A DNA stretch of 60,196 bases from Macrostomum lignano. Lineage: Eukaryota. The notes below the pieces were generated by a model. The model had not been told where the DNA came from. It worked only from the letters and a program-made list of their open reading frames with translations, and did no database searches. Positions 46,927-58,912 of the stretch are shown piece by piece. The DNA lies in the NCBI GenBank assembly GCA_002269645.1, contig NIVC01001469.1:1-60196 (forward strand), read 5' to 3'. The position numbers were made by a program, and so were the translations under genes. How positions within the stretch are numbered: position 1 is the stretch's first letter; the number at the start of each line of letters is the position of its first letter.

Positions 46927-48499
46927 TGTTGATTCAAAATATTTCAACTAGCATGCATTGAAGTGATGTTGGTTTTTATATTTTCATATAGTTAATAATG
47001 GCTTAAAATTCAATTATTTACCATAAAACTTATTCAGAAAGAAGGAAAAGTTAAAAGCATTATGTTTTGTTTTTCTTGAAGAAGTAATACTTTAAAATGT
47101 ATATATACAAAAAGGCATTTAATAAACTTATAAAAACACTAAAATACTCATGTATTTGCTTATCTTTATCACTAATGTATTATTCTGATAACGTACACTA
47201 TAATGACTTCGTAGTTTTTAAAAATCGTTTATTTAAAAATAAAAACATAATGTTGATAAGTCCACCCTTTCTCACCATTTCTATGGATAACTCATGCCTG
47301 TATTTTTAATTATTATTTTTTTTATCATGCCTGCCTCTTATCAAATGTATACTATGTTGCAATATAAAGTTTAAACTTGGTCTGCAACATACAGTTTGAC
47401 AGCTAAGCCTAGCTGAAAATCAAAACAAAATAGAAGTGAGTAACTGTCGAATTATTAAATTTTACATATATAAATATAAGTTGCTTCATTGGCTTTGTAA
47501 ATCCTGATCAAAACCGCATGAAGCACATAAATGTACGATGTAAAATGAATGGAACTATTAATATAGCTAATATTATTAATAATGTCAGCGTCAATTAAGA
47601 TATTTTTAGACTTGTAACGTTGACAAAGTATGTAAATTATTAATAATAAAATGCTAATTGCTTTGTAAACAGACAAATCGAGCCTTGATTCACTATTCGC
47701 TACTGCAAGCAGATTTAAGACAGTTCGTGTGGGCACTAGCAATTGAGCAAGCTAGCCGCTTGCCTTTTGGTACACAGAAATAATTTCATGTTTTTATACA
47801 TTTTAGGGTTTAAAATAGTGCCAGACTATTTTCCGTTACGGTTATTTAAAACATTTGCTGTACTAGTTTTCTGTTAAAAGTAAAAAAAATAATTTATTCT
47901 CTTAGTAGATTATAACTTTAAGAGTTCTAATAAAATATTCATACTGATTTCACTAGCTTGTTAAATGCAGATGACTTTAACTTGCACAATTTTAAAATTA
48001 TTTAGGAATTATGAAATTTTCGCGATGATCTCCATATCAGCTGTTATTGTCGGACATACGACCGTCTAGTCGGTAATGCAGCAACTAAAATTATTCCGTT
48101 TAGACAAGAGCACTCGCCGTGCTGTCAGACCGTCTAGTATTTTGTTATTCAGACCGTCTAGTATCTATTATTTTGTAGGCAGTGCAATATGACGATATTT
48201 GAAACGAAATTATTCATGACTATTAATATTAATTTAACTAGACCTTTTTGCTTTAATTTTAGTTTTAAGAGCCTGCATTACATCTGCATGATTATGAAAG
48301 ATAATAATAGACTACTCATATTTAATATGTAAGCCCTATTGCTTGTTCACTGCTATATTATAGTATATATTTAATTCAATTGTGATAAAAGTCAATAGAA
48401 CCTAGCTTGGCCTATGTGACAGTGTCATTTCTGTTCCATAATTATTGATTTATTACTAGCAATCTACGCCCCCCATTGGGGAGCCAAAGAAATGCAATA

Positions 48500-48810
48500 C
48501 AGCCTTGAAATCTCATTTATACCCCGTGAGCCTTGACATCTCAGCTATTCCCTCCGTAAGCCTTAACATGTCAGCGATGGCCCCATAAACCTTGAAATCT
48601 AAAAAATCCCCTGTTATTCTGTTAACCTTGAAACCCGATAAAATATAACCCTCAACCCACACCTGACCTAAACCTAACTTTAACCCAACCTAAAGCCTTG
48701 AAATCTCAGCAATTCTTCTCCCCTAAGCCTTGACATTTTAGTGATTCCTTCTTTAAGAATCAAGCACTATAACGATTTCCACCAAGCTTTGACATTGTAG
48801 CAATTCCCAA
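48500..48810 (+). repeat. Degenerate ~29-bp direct repeats with core AGCCTTGA(A/C)AT
   Basis: Recurrent agccttgaaatctca, agccttgacatctca, agccttaacatgtca, aaccttgaaatcta, aagccttgacatt, aagctttgacatt. Confidence 0.5.
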
Positions 48811-49163
48811 ATGAATATTTTAACTTCGACATGACTTTTCTTTTATGTATACGTAGTGCTACTTTTATTTTTTACATGACTCTTCTTCTATCAGCACCCC
48901 CCGTGGCAAGCCAACAAAGAATGGAATAAAAAAATTGAGTAAAGTACATGAACTTTGAAGTAGCTTCTGACTTTTGCTTTGACATCTCAGAAACCCCCCC
49001 CCCCATGATCTCAGTTATTCTCTGAAAGCCTAGCTTGACGTCTCAGTAATTCTCCCCAGCACAGCACTATAGCTTCATTTAATTTTTACATGACACTTCT
49101 TTCATGTCTGACATGATACTTCTTTTGACTTTTACATGAAATTTCCATTAGTTTTAATAAGAG

Positions 49164-49898
49164 GCTTCTATGATTTTTTGATGACGCTTCTATGACATTT
49201 TACATGACGCTTCTATGATTTTTACATGACACTTCTATGATTTTCACAAGACGCTTCTATGATTTTTTTACATGACGTTTCTATGATTGTTTACATGACG
49301 CTTCTATGATTTTTTACATGACACTTCTATGATTTTTACATGACGCTTCTATGATTTTTTACATAACACTTCTATGATTTTTTACATGACGCTTCTATGA
49401 TTGTTTACATGACGCTTCTATGATTTTTATATGACGCTTCTACGATTCTTTACATGACGCTTCTATGATTTTTTACATGACGCTTCTATGATTTTTTACA
49501 TGACGCTTCTACGATTCTTTACATGACGCTTCTACGATTCTTTACATGACGCTTCTATGATTTTTTACATGACGCTTCTACGATTCTTTACATGACGCTT
49601 CTATGATTTTTTACATGACGCTTCTATCATTGTTTACATGACGTTTCTATGATTGTTTACATGACGCTTCTATGATTTTTATATGACGTTTTTACGATTT
49701 TTTACATGACGCTTCTATGATTCTTTACATGACGCTTCTATGATTTTTACATGACGTTTCTATGATTTTTTAAATGACGCTTCTATGATTTTTTATATGA
49801 CGCTTCTATGATTTTTTACATGACGCTTCTATGATTTTTACATGACGCTTCTATGATTTTTTATATGACACTTCTATGATTTTTTTACATGACGCTTC
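49164..49898 (+). repeat. ~23-bp minisatellite, ~32 copies
   Basis: Consensus ATGACGCTTCTATGATTTTTTAC with variable T-run length. Confidence 0.95.
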
Positions 49899-51699
49899 TT
49901 TTTAAAAAGTCTTTTAGTTTTCCTGACGTTGAAAAGCTTTAATAAAAAAAATTATACTCTATGAAAATTCGAACCATCGTCGCTGCATTTAGCAGTTCAG
50001 TTTGTTCACCTCTAGGCTAGCTCTCATCAAATTTTGCACTTATATAATTCAACACTTTAAAATCCAAGCATAGAGTAAATCACACGAAGCAGTTATGACA
50101 TAATCAGTTTCTCAGTCAGTCAGTATCAGTTAACAATATGGTTACGCAATTTAAATCAAGTCTGGTGCTACGCTTCCACACTGCATTTTCAATTCAAGTC
50201 GGAGTTACAATTCAGTTATGATGCAATCTATTTCAGAATCAGAATTCAACCAGTCAGTTTTTTCTCTAGCATTCTTACAATGCATTTCAAGTCGAAAAGT
50301 TTGCTTGAACTTTGCAAAAAAGCATGTTTTTCGAATATTTAATGCCTTTAGCATCGAGCAATTTCTTAGCCACGATGCATGTACAGTCACGGGAAAATTT
50401 CTGATCGAACAGTGCAAGTCTCATGAAAATTGGTCCAGCCATTTTTTCTCTAATCGATTGCGTACAAACAAACAAACAAGCTTTTCATTTTTAGTATATT
50501 GGATGGATGGATGGATTGGAAGTTATATTTAGTACCTATATTTAATACTTCTCATGTGCTCCGTCATTAAATATTTTTGTACTGTTTTTTAGATAATTCT
50601 TCGTTTAAATGAATGATTCATAGAAACAGTCAGCAGTTTAAAATGTGTTTTAATTTATGAGGTAGGGGCAGAAAAAGTTTTCTTGGAAATTGGTTGTTTG
50701 AAATTAATTGCTGGCACCAATGAGGTGGGGTGGATTCCACACTGACACTGGCAGTCTAGGATAAGATGATAATTCACAGGGACTGAGATCCCAATGAATA
50801 TATTTCAAAGGTTTGAGCTAACTTTTCAATTTATTGAATGCTCTAGTTCAAATATTTGGCTATATTTATAGAGACATTGGCTGTTTAAGATGGGTCCCAC
50901 TAATTCCTAGGGACTTAATATCTAGCCAAGCTAGACATTTTGCAATCTTGTCAACAACCCTACTAATAGTTTCTTTCTTGGTACGTATATCCTTATAAAA
51001 GACATCAACATGGGCAAGGATGCCATGCCCTGTGTTACACATATGCTATGTGTAAGCAATGTATCAGCAATGTAACTGACAAGTTTGCTCTTGTTGGCAA
51101 TGTTTGACAAGAGCTTGCCATCCCAATGTAGCAACAGAAGCCCATTGGATAAAAAGATATCCATTGCAAAATTCTTGTAGGTGAATACTCTGGTTTGATA
51201 AATGTTGCTCCAAGATAGAACAATATTATCAAGGTATATACCAATTGACTTGACTATACAATGCTAGTGGCTATAAAGGTGGCATTGTGGTCTAATACTT
51301 TAATGTCCTAAGCTGCAGGTATATTTGGCATAATTAATTGTATAGGGCTGCAAAAGCATTTTTGGAAAGAAGTTAAGGATTTGAGAAGCTATTAATAGTC
51401 TCAGTTAGACAAATCATCTGACCTACTTTCATTATCTAACATCTTATCAATATCAGTATAGTTGCATGAGGCAGTTAAGGTCTGCTGCTTTTGTTTATGA
51501 GCAGCTTCCACAGTACTTGTTTATTGGCCTTATTGACCTTGCTGGCCTCCCTATAGTAGATGTCGTTATTTGCCATGGGGCATAGGTACATTATCATATC
51601 TTGCCTAAATTCCTTAAGTACTAATCTTACTTTTGCCTTCATAACTTGTAATTTCCTATTTTTAAGTCTTTATGACTTTTTCCTATCTTGAGTCTTTAT

Positions 51700-51960
51700 A
51701 ACAGAGAAAGAAAGAAACAAGATAAGAGGATAAAGAATAAGCATAAAAGTAGAGGATAAGCAGAAATGAGAATAGAGAAAAGAGAGAAAACATAGGAAAT
51801 ATATAAGAGTAGAGAAGAGAAGAAAGAGAAGAAATGAGAGATAGAGAAAAGAGAAGAGAGAAAAGGGAAACAAGAGACAAGAGACTGAATATAAAAGAAA
51901 ATAAGATGATAGATAAGATAAGAGAAGAGTCAGACAAGAAGGGAGAGACAGATAAGACAG
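51700..51960 (+). repeat. Purine-rich (GA/GAA) low-complexity tract
   Basis: agagaaagaaagaaacaagataagagg...gagaagagaagaaagagaag; almost no pyrimidines. Confidence 0.7.
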
Positions 51961-52737
51961 ATAATATTGCCTATTATTTTAATTTATATGGTAATTTATA
52001 AGGTCACTGTGAATGATATGAATGACTTTATTTAAGAATGTATGCAAGAATAGTTCTAGGGATTGGAATTCAAGGGGTTTCAATAGCTTGTTGTTATATA
52101 ATTGGTAAGAGGCATTAGTGCCTATCTTAATAACTCCTTTGAATAGGCATATAAAATTAAAGTAAAAAAACTATTTTTATTTTACAAGGTTGTTTACAAG
52201 GTCATATTCATATCTTAATGCATTGTCATCTTCAGGGCATACCACAATAATCCCAACAAACTATATTTATAAATAGAACTAGAACCAAGGTAATGGATAG
52301 AATGGTATCAACCTAAAGTGTTATGAGTTGGCACTGAAGGGGACTTTCTCTTTTCTAACTATATTGTATGCTTATTTATCAACTACACTAAAATAAAACC
52401 ATTCTGAATCCAATAGATTCGATTGACCTAAGATTTTAAGTAAAAAAATTACTTAATCCCAAAATGGATTATACTACATGTCTAAAATATAAAATTTAGA
52501 GTATATAACTTCTAGAATTTTTTGTATACTAATTCCTATAGTTTTGACACTTTGTATAAAAGAGCATATAAAAATTGGAGGATGTGTTCTACAATTAATC
52601 TTAATTGTGCCATTTAATGGGTTATCCTACCTTTAATGTTTAGTGAATAGTTTTTCACTGTTACTGCCATTAGCACAGGTCCATATTCCCAGTTTGTTAA
52701 ATTTCAGTAAAGCAAATCTAATTAACTAAGCACAATT

Positions 52738-55700
52738 ATGGACGTTGTTAAGGCTATCCGCGACTACATTCAGACCATGCTACAGATCAGTGGACAGGGC
52801 ATGAAGATACTGTTAATGGACCAGGAGACCATAGAGATACTGTCAGTTGCTTATACAATGTCAGAGATTAGTAAGCACGAGGTGTTCCTACTTGAGAGGC
52901 TGGAGAGTCCTCGCCAGCCAATGAAGCATCTCAAAGCTGTTGTATTTGTTCGGCCAACCAAGGCCAACATGCAGCTGCTGCACGCCGAGCTTCGCAGTCC
53001 AAAGTACGGCTCGTACTGTTTATTCTTTAGTCAAGCAATTAGCCGACAGGATTTAAAGAGTTTAGCCGAACACGACGAGCAAGAGGTTGTACGCGAAGTT
53101 CAAGAGGTGTTCGCCGACTACCTGGCGCTGAGCCCGCTGCTCTTCACCCCCAATCAGCGTCTGGCTGTGCGCGGATTCGCCTGGCAGCCCGGCGCGTTGC
53201 AGCGCTGCGCCGAAGGCCTGGCAGGCGTGCTTCTGTCGTTGAAACGGCTGCCGTTTATTCGCTATCAGAACTCGTCCGCCAATGCTCGCCGGCTGGCCGA
53301 GCAGCTGGCTGGGCTGGTAGAACGAGAGAAAGAGGGACTGTTTAACTTTCAGGTGCGTTGCGATTTTTTATTGTCGACATGATTGTGAAATATACGAGTA
53401 CATACGAATTTGATTAAATAATAAAAATACAGTGGAAGTGGAAGTCAATGCAAGAGAGAAAAACGAAACAAAGTATAAATAGTCAGGCTGGTTCAAACAC
53501 AAAGAGAAGTTGGTTTGTGCACTTTCCTGCTAGGTTGATGTAGCTGGATTTTTACGAAAAACTTTCAACAGACGCCCAACAGAGAGTAGTGTCACTTGTC
53601 ACTAACTAAACTTCTATTGTTTTAGTATATGTGACTAGCCATTTAGCCCCTCCTCTGGGTGGCTCTATAATAATTTCGCACAAACTCCTATTAGATATTA
53701 AGTAAGCATCTAAACCCCGAACTGTTTTAGTAGCATCTTCAGCTATATGCTTGTACCCTAAAGTAGTCACGTGGTAATCGGATCCCTCTTTTTAACAAAA
53801 TGTATTTTTAAAATATTCTTCAGCTATTTTTAACACATTCTTACACATTCTTACTTTGCTACTCAGTAGTTAACCGCAAACACTAATTGTTTATTTAGGA
53901 GCGCGGCGCCACCCACCTGCTTGTGCTAGACAGACGCGAAGATCCAGTAACCCCTCTACTAAACCAGTGGACCTACCAGGCTATGGTGCACGAACTGCTG
54001 GGCATACGCAACAATGTTGTTGAATTGGGCGACACCAAGGTCAATCTGAGTGCTCAATACGACGATTTTTATCGCGATCATTGGCACGTGAATTTTGGCG
54101 AACTGGGCGCCGCTGTCAAACAGCTAATGGAAGAGTTTCAGAGGAAACAGCAGGCCACGGCTGGAAAGATTGAAAGCATTGGAGATATGAAAAATTTTGT
54201 GGAAAATTATCCCGCTTTTAAGAAATTGTCCGGCAGTGTTACTAAACACGTTAATCTGATGTCCGAGATTTCTAAGCTAGTTGGAGAGCGAAATCTGCTT
54301 GAGGTTTGTCTGCATTTGCTGCTGTGATCATCGTTTTGAATCTTCAGGTTATTGCCCCAGTCCTCAGTGAGTGCTGCCACCCGTTTGCCCTACCAGCTCC
54401 TCAGTGAGTGCTGCCACCCCTTTACCCTACCAGCTCTTGATTGAGTGCTGCCAACTCCTTTGCCCCAACAGCTCTTCATTGAGTGCTGCCAACTCCTTTG
54501 CCCTACCAGCTCCTGAGTGAGTGCTGCCACCCCTTTACCCTACCAGCTCCTCAGTGAGTGCTGCCACCCCTTTACCCTACCAGCTCCTCAGTGAGTGCTG
54601 CCACCCCTTTACCCTACCAGCTCCTCAGTGAGTGCTGCCACCCCTTTACCCTACCAGCTCCTGAGTGAGTGCTGCCACCCCTTTACCCTACCAGCTCCTC
54701 AGTGAGTGCTGCCACCCCTTTACCCTACCAGCTCCTCAGTGAGTGCTGCCACCCCTTTACCCTACCAGCTCCTCAGTGAGTGCTGCCACCCCTTTACCCT
54801 ACCAGCTCCTCAGTGAGTGCTGCCACCCCTTTACCCTACCAGCTCCTCAGTGAGTGCTGCCACCCCTTTACCCTACCAGCTCCTCAGTGAGTGCTGCCAA
54901 CTCCTTTGCCCTATCAGCTCCTCAGTGAGTGCTGCCAACTCCTTTGCCCTACCAGCTCCTCAGTGAGTGCTGCCAACTCCTTTGCCCGTGGTTTGAAATA
55001 TTGACAGTTTTCCAATGGTTAAAACATGCCAAACCAACTGCTTGTCCCATAGGTGTCCGAACTCGAGCAAGAGCTGGCAGCCCTAGGCGGCGAGGCGCAC
55101 GCCCACCTGCAGCGGGTTCAGCATCTGATCGCTTCGCCGAAAGTCACGGAGCTGGACGCGCTCCGGCTGGCGCTGCTGTTTGCGCTGCGCTACGAGACTC
55201 AGGCAGCGTCGGCGCTGCCAGCCCTGCGGGACGCCTTGGCGCGTAGGGGGCTCAACGAACAGCAGACCGGGCTCATCGCGGCGCTGCTCAGGTGAGGAGA
55301 CTGCAGAAAAAAAAATAGTTTTGAATATTAAGTGAGAAATAGTCTATGAAAGAGTTTGCTGCTGATGTCTATGGCCAAATTATCAACTTTGGTGCCTTTT
55401 CCGTCTATGTCTATGGGCAAGACCGAATCTAGCGCAGCTAAATAGGAGAATTCTCAACTTGGTTAGCTTAACTATCAAGGCTGTAGAAAGCAACACCAGG
55501 TTAGTATAGCATTTTGCAGCCCATTTGGGCTTACGCGCATTGAATTTAATCCAAGATACGTTTGCCAATGTAACAGAGCATTTGTCTATGGTAGCAAGGC
55601 TGGCGCAGCGGCATTTAATTTGGTCCAAAAAGCATCAATTTGGTCCAAACACTCGTGAGCCATTGGACAAACTCTTGCCTTCTCTCAACCGTCTGCAGGT

Positions 55701-56953
55701 TTTTGCGCACCGCTGGAATGTCAGCGTCTCTACCAAAAATTTTCGGTTGCTTTTCCAGAGCTCTGCTGATAGTCGAAATCTGATAACCAACTGGAGCTGT
55801 TCCCTCAACTTCTGCTGCATTTCGGCAACGTCAACAAAGGGTTCGTCTCAACTGCATCGAGCAGCAGTTGGACCTGAGGCTCTCGAGCAACTTGCCTTGG
55901 CGATTGCCACCCTTTCGCAGGCGATCTCTGCCGGCAGAGTTTCAACGCGCTGCTGGATTCTGTAAACCACCTTTGGGTGTTCACCTCCGTCGAGTGCTTC
56001 GATCACAAGCCAATGACATTCGTTCAACAGCCTAGCATATGGTCCACAATTCTGGGACTGAGCTGCAAATGAACTAAATGGACCAAATTGATGCTTGTTG
56101 GACCAAATTAAATGCCGCTGCGCTAGCCTTGCTACCATAGACAAAAGCTCCATTACTTTGACAAACATATCTTGGATTAAATTCGATGCACGTAAGCCCA
56201 AATGGGCTGCAAAAAGCTATATTAAAATCAAATGGTAATCAGGTGACCATGAGGGCCTTTAACGACTCGAAACGCGTCTAATACGACTTGAGTGGCGCGT
56301 CACAAGCGCGTCACTTAGAGTCGCAGACGATAAAACGCTTTAAAAGGACTAAGGCAACTCTTTTACGACTTTTTGGCATTTTATATCTCGTAGTTTAGAA
56401 TAACTTCTGTCTTACTTTACTGGGACATGAACCTTTTGTTTCTCTTTGCTGCAGATACGGCGGCGTCAAGGCTCGAACCAGCGACCTATTCGGCACGCAG
56501 ACGCCGCTGTCAGTTACCAAGCGCCTATTCAAAGGCATTAAAGGTGTTGAAAATATTTTTACTCAACACCAACCGCTGCTGGCCGACCTCATTGATCAGG
56601 CTTGCAAAGCCAAGCTCAAGGAGGCCGCCTATCCGTTCGTGTCGGCGCCGTCTGCCGCGGCACAGCAGCGACCAGCTGACCTCATTGTCTTCGTTGTTGG
56701 CGGCGTCACCTATGTTGAAGCCCTGGCTGTGCACAATTGCAATAAGAACATACCAGTTGTCAACGTGTTGCTAGGCGGTACATCAGTGATTAATACTCGA
56801 TCATTCCTTGAAGAGGTGGCCGCCGCTGTCGACTCGTCGGCTGAGCCGCCGACTTCGGGCGGATCGGCGCCGACTGGCTCCAGCAGCGGACCAGCTGGCG
56901 GGGTTGGGCCCGCTGCCAGGCTGCTCAGCGGGATTAAGGCCAATCGGTTTTGA
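52738..56953 (+). CDS. VPS45: Vacuolar protein sorting-associated protein 45 (Sec1/Munc18 family), 4 exons, 585 aa
   Basis: Exons 52738-53352, 53899-54303, 55053-55291, 56455-56953 with GT-AG boundaries and consistent phases (0,0,2). N-terminus [31 protein letters not shown], plus [79 protein letters not shown] and LLGGTSVIN, are characteristic of Vps45. Confidence 0.95.
54355..54987 (+). repeat. 37-bp minisatellite, ~17 copies, in VPS45 intron 2
   Basis: Unit CTCCTCAGTGAGTGCTGCCACCCCTTTACCCTACCAG; period 37 verified (TACCAG at 54541 and 54578). Confidence 0.96.
55505..56221 (-). mobile_element. Internally deleted, degenerate IS630-Tc1-mariner-type DNA transposon (MITE-like) in VPS45 intron 3
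   Basis: Inverted repeats 55505-55647 and 56079-56221 (143 bp, about 11 mismatches by eye), both ending in TA. The interior on the minus strand gives frameshifted pieces resembling a Tc1/IS630 N-terminal HTH region: [23 protein letters not shown] / [17 protein letters not shown] / [14 protein letters not shown] / [11 protein letters not shown]...[17 protein letters not shown]. No DDE domain seen. Confidence 0.75.
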
Positions 56954-57080
56954 CTTTCTAGATGAGCTCTGATTGCTATTCAATATTCGTGTGATTTTGC
57001 TTGTTTCCTCTGTGCATGTCTTCTTTCGCTCTCATTTAAGAAAATTTACTTTGATGTTGATGTAATCTCGATCCTAAGCC

Positions 57081-58330
57081 CCCTAATTGGGACTTTATAA
57101 TCCCAATCATTAATCCTTTAAAAGTGATCCCTAATTGGGACTTCATAATCCCGATGGCCAATCACCTGATCGGGATCCCTAATTGGGACCTTAGAATCCC
57201 GATGGCCAATCACCTGATCGGGATCCCTAATTGAGACCTCATAATCCCGATTGCCACTCACCTGATCGGGATCCCTAATTGAGACCTCAGAATCCCGATG
57301 GCCAATCACCTGATCGGGATCCCTAATTGGGACTTCATAATCCCGATGGCCAATCACCTGATCGGGATCCCTAATTGAGACCTTAGAATCCCGATGGCCA
57401 ATCACCTGATCGGGATCCCTAATTGGGACTACATAATCCCAATGGCCAATCACCTGATCGGGATCCCTGATTGGGACTACATAATCCCGATGGCCAATCA
57501 CCTGATCGGGATCCCTAATTGAGACCTTAGAATCCCGATGGCCAATCACCTGATCGGGATCCCTAATTGAGACCTCAGAATCCCGATGGCCAATCACCTG
57601 ATCGGGATCCCTAATTGAGACCTTAGAATCCCGATGGCCAATCACCTGATCGGGATCCCTAATTGGGACTTCATAATCCCGATGGCCAATCACCTGATCG
57701 GGATCCCTAATTGAGACCTCAGAATCCCGATGGCCAATCACCTGATCGGGATCCCTAATTGAGACCTCAGAATCCCGATGGCCAATCACCTGATCGGGAT
57801 CCCTAATTGAGACCTCATAATCCCGATGGCCAATCACCTGATCGGGATCCCTAATTGAGACCTTAGAATCCCGATGGCCAATCACCTGATCGGGATCCCT
57901 AATTGGGACTTCATAATCCCGATGGCCAATCACCTGATCGGGATCCCTAATTGAGACCTCAGAATCCCGATGGCCAATCACCTGATCGGGATCCCTAATT
58001 GAGACCTCAGAATCCCGATGGCCAATCACCTGATCGGGATCCCTAATTGAGACCTCATAATCCCGATGGCCAATCACCTGATCGGGATCCCTAATTGAGA
58101 CCTTAGAATCCCGATGGCCAATCACCTGATCGGGATCCCTAATTGGGACTTCATAATCCCGATGGCCAATCACCTGATCGGGATCCCTAATTGAGACCTC
58201 AGAATCCCGATGGCCAATCACCTGATCGGGATCCCTAATTGAGACCTCAGAATCCCGATGGCCAATCATCTGATCGGATCCCTAATTGAGACCTCAGAAT
58301 CCCGATGGCCAATCATCTGATCGGGATCCC
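57081..58330 (+). repeat. 48-bp minisatellite, ~25 copies, with internal hairpin
   Basis: Unit CCGATGGCCAATCACCTGATCGGGATCCCTAATTGAGACCTCAGAATC. ATCCCGAT/ATCGGGAT form an 8-bp inverted pair in each unit. Confidence 0.97.
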
Positions 58331-58912
58331 AAAGTTTTAGTTAAAGTTTCTGATCTGATTGATAGATATATGATCAGCAGAATTCCAAAATACTTTGCAA
58401 CGCTTTGGTTTATCCATCTGTACAAACCCGTGTCTCAACTTTGTTAATTCGTTTCTTTTTAAGTTTTCTGATGTTCTCTAGCATTCATGATAATTATGAC
58501 CTGAGGAGCGCTTTGTAATTGATGCTTTTTTTAGCTTCATATTTATATTGCATTAGTCATTGTGTGCTCAAGGAACAAAACAAGCATAACTAACCCAGAT
58601 TTATTATATAAATGTTATAAACCATTGTCTAATAATAGCTATTGTCCATAATAACATATTAATCGATGCATAGTAAAACTCTGGTATACTGTCTTGTGAT
58701 ATGTGCTTTTACCTGTGTTGTGAACTTGAAAATAAATATATAGTCAAATACCTGCCGTTTGCCGCACTGTTGTCTGTTGGTTGATTAATTGCTTTTCTGA
58801 GCAGAATATATTTTTTATTTTTGCACCAGATGGGATATAGGAATATGCGTGATGAACCAATATTTACGAGTGATTGTATTACAGCTCAGTTTCCAACCTC
58901 ACCGACCCTCGA

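Noticed and set aside
48655-48695. Interstitial telomere
   Set aside because: Only a few imperfect CCTAA-like words, with no run of exact TTAGGG or TTAGG repeats.
47097-52700. Short ORFs in the AT-rich aldolase-VPS45 interval
   Set aside because: They are low-complexity I/F/L/K-rich translations without recognisable motifs or splice structure.
56820-56953. Gly/Ser/Pro-rich C-terminal tail of VPS45 as a novel domain
   Set aside because: It is a short low-complexity extension; variable tails are common and nothing specific can be supported.
57118-58269. 383-aa repeat protein ORF
   Set aside because: It is the translation of a 48-bp (3n) minisatellite with no non-repetitive domain, signal or splice context. 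Kept only as a side note.
57081-58330. CRISPR-like array (palindromic repeats at regular spacing)
   Set aside because: There are no unique spacers; whole 48-bp units repeat. No cas genes, and the context is eukaryotic and intron-containing.
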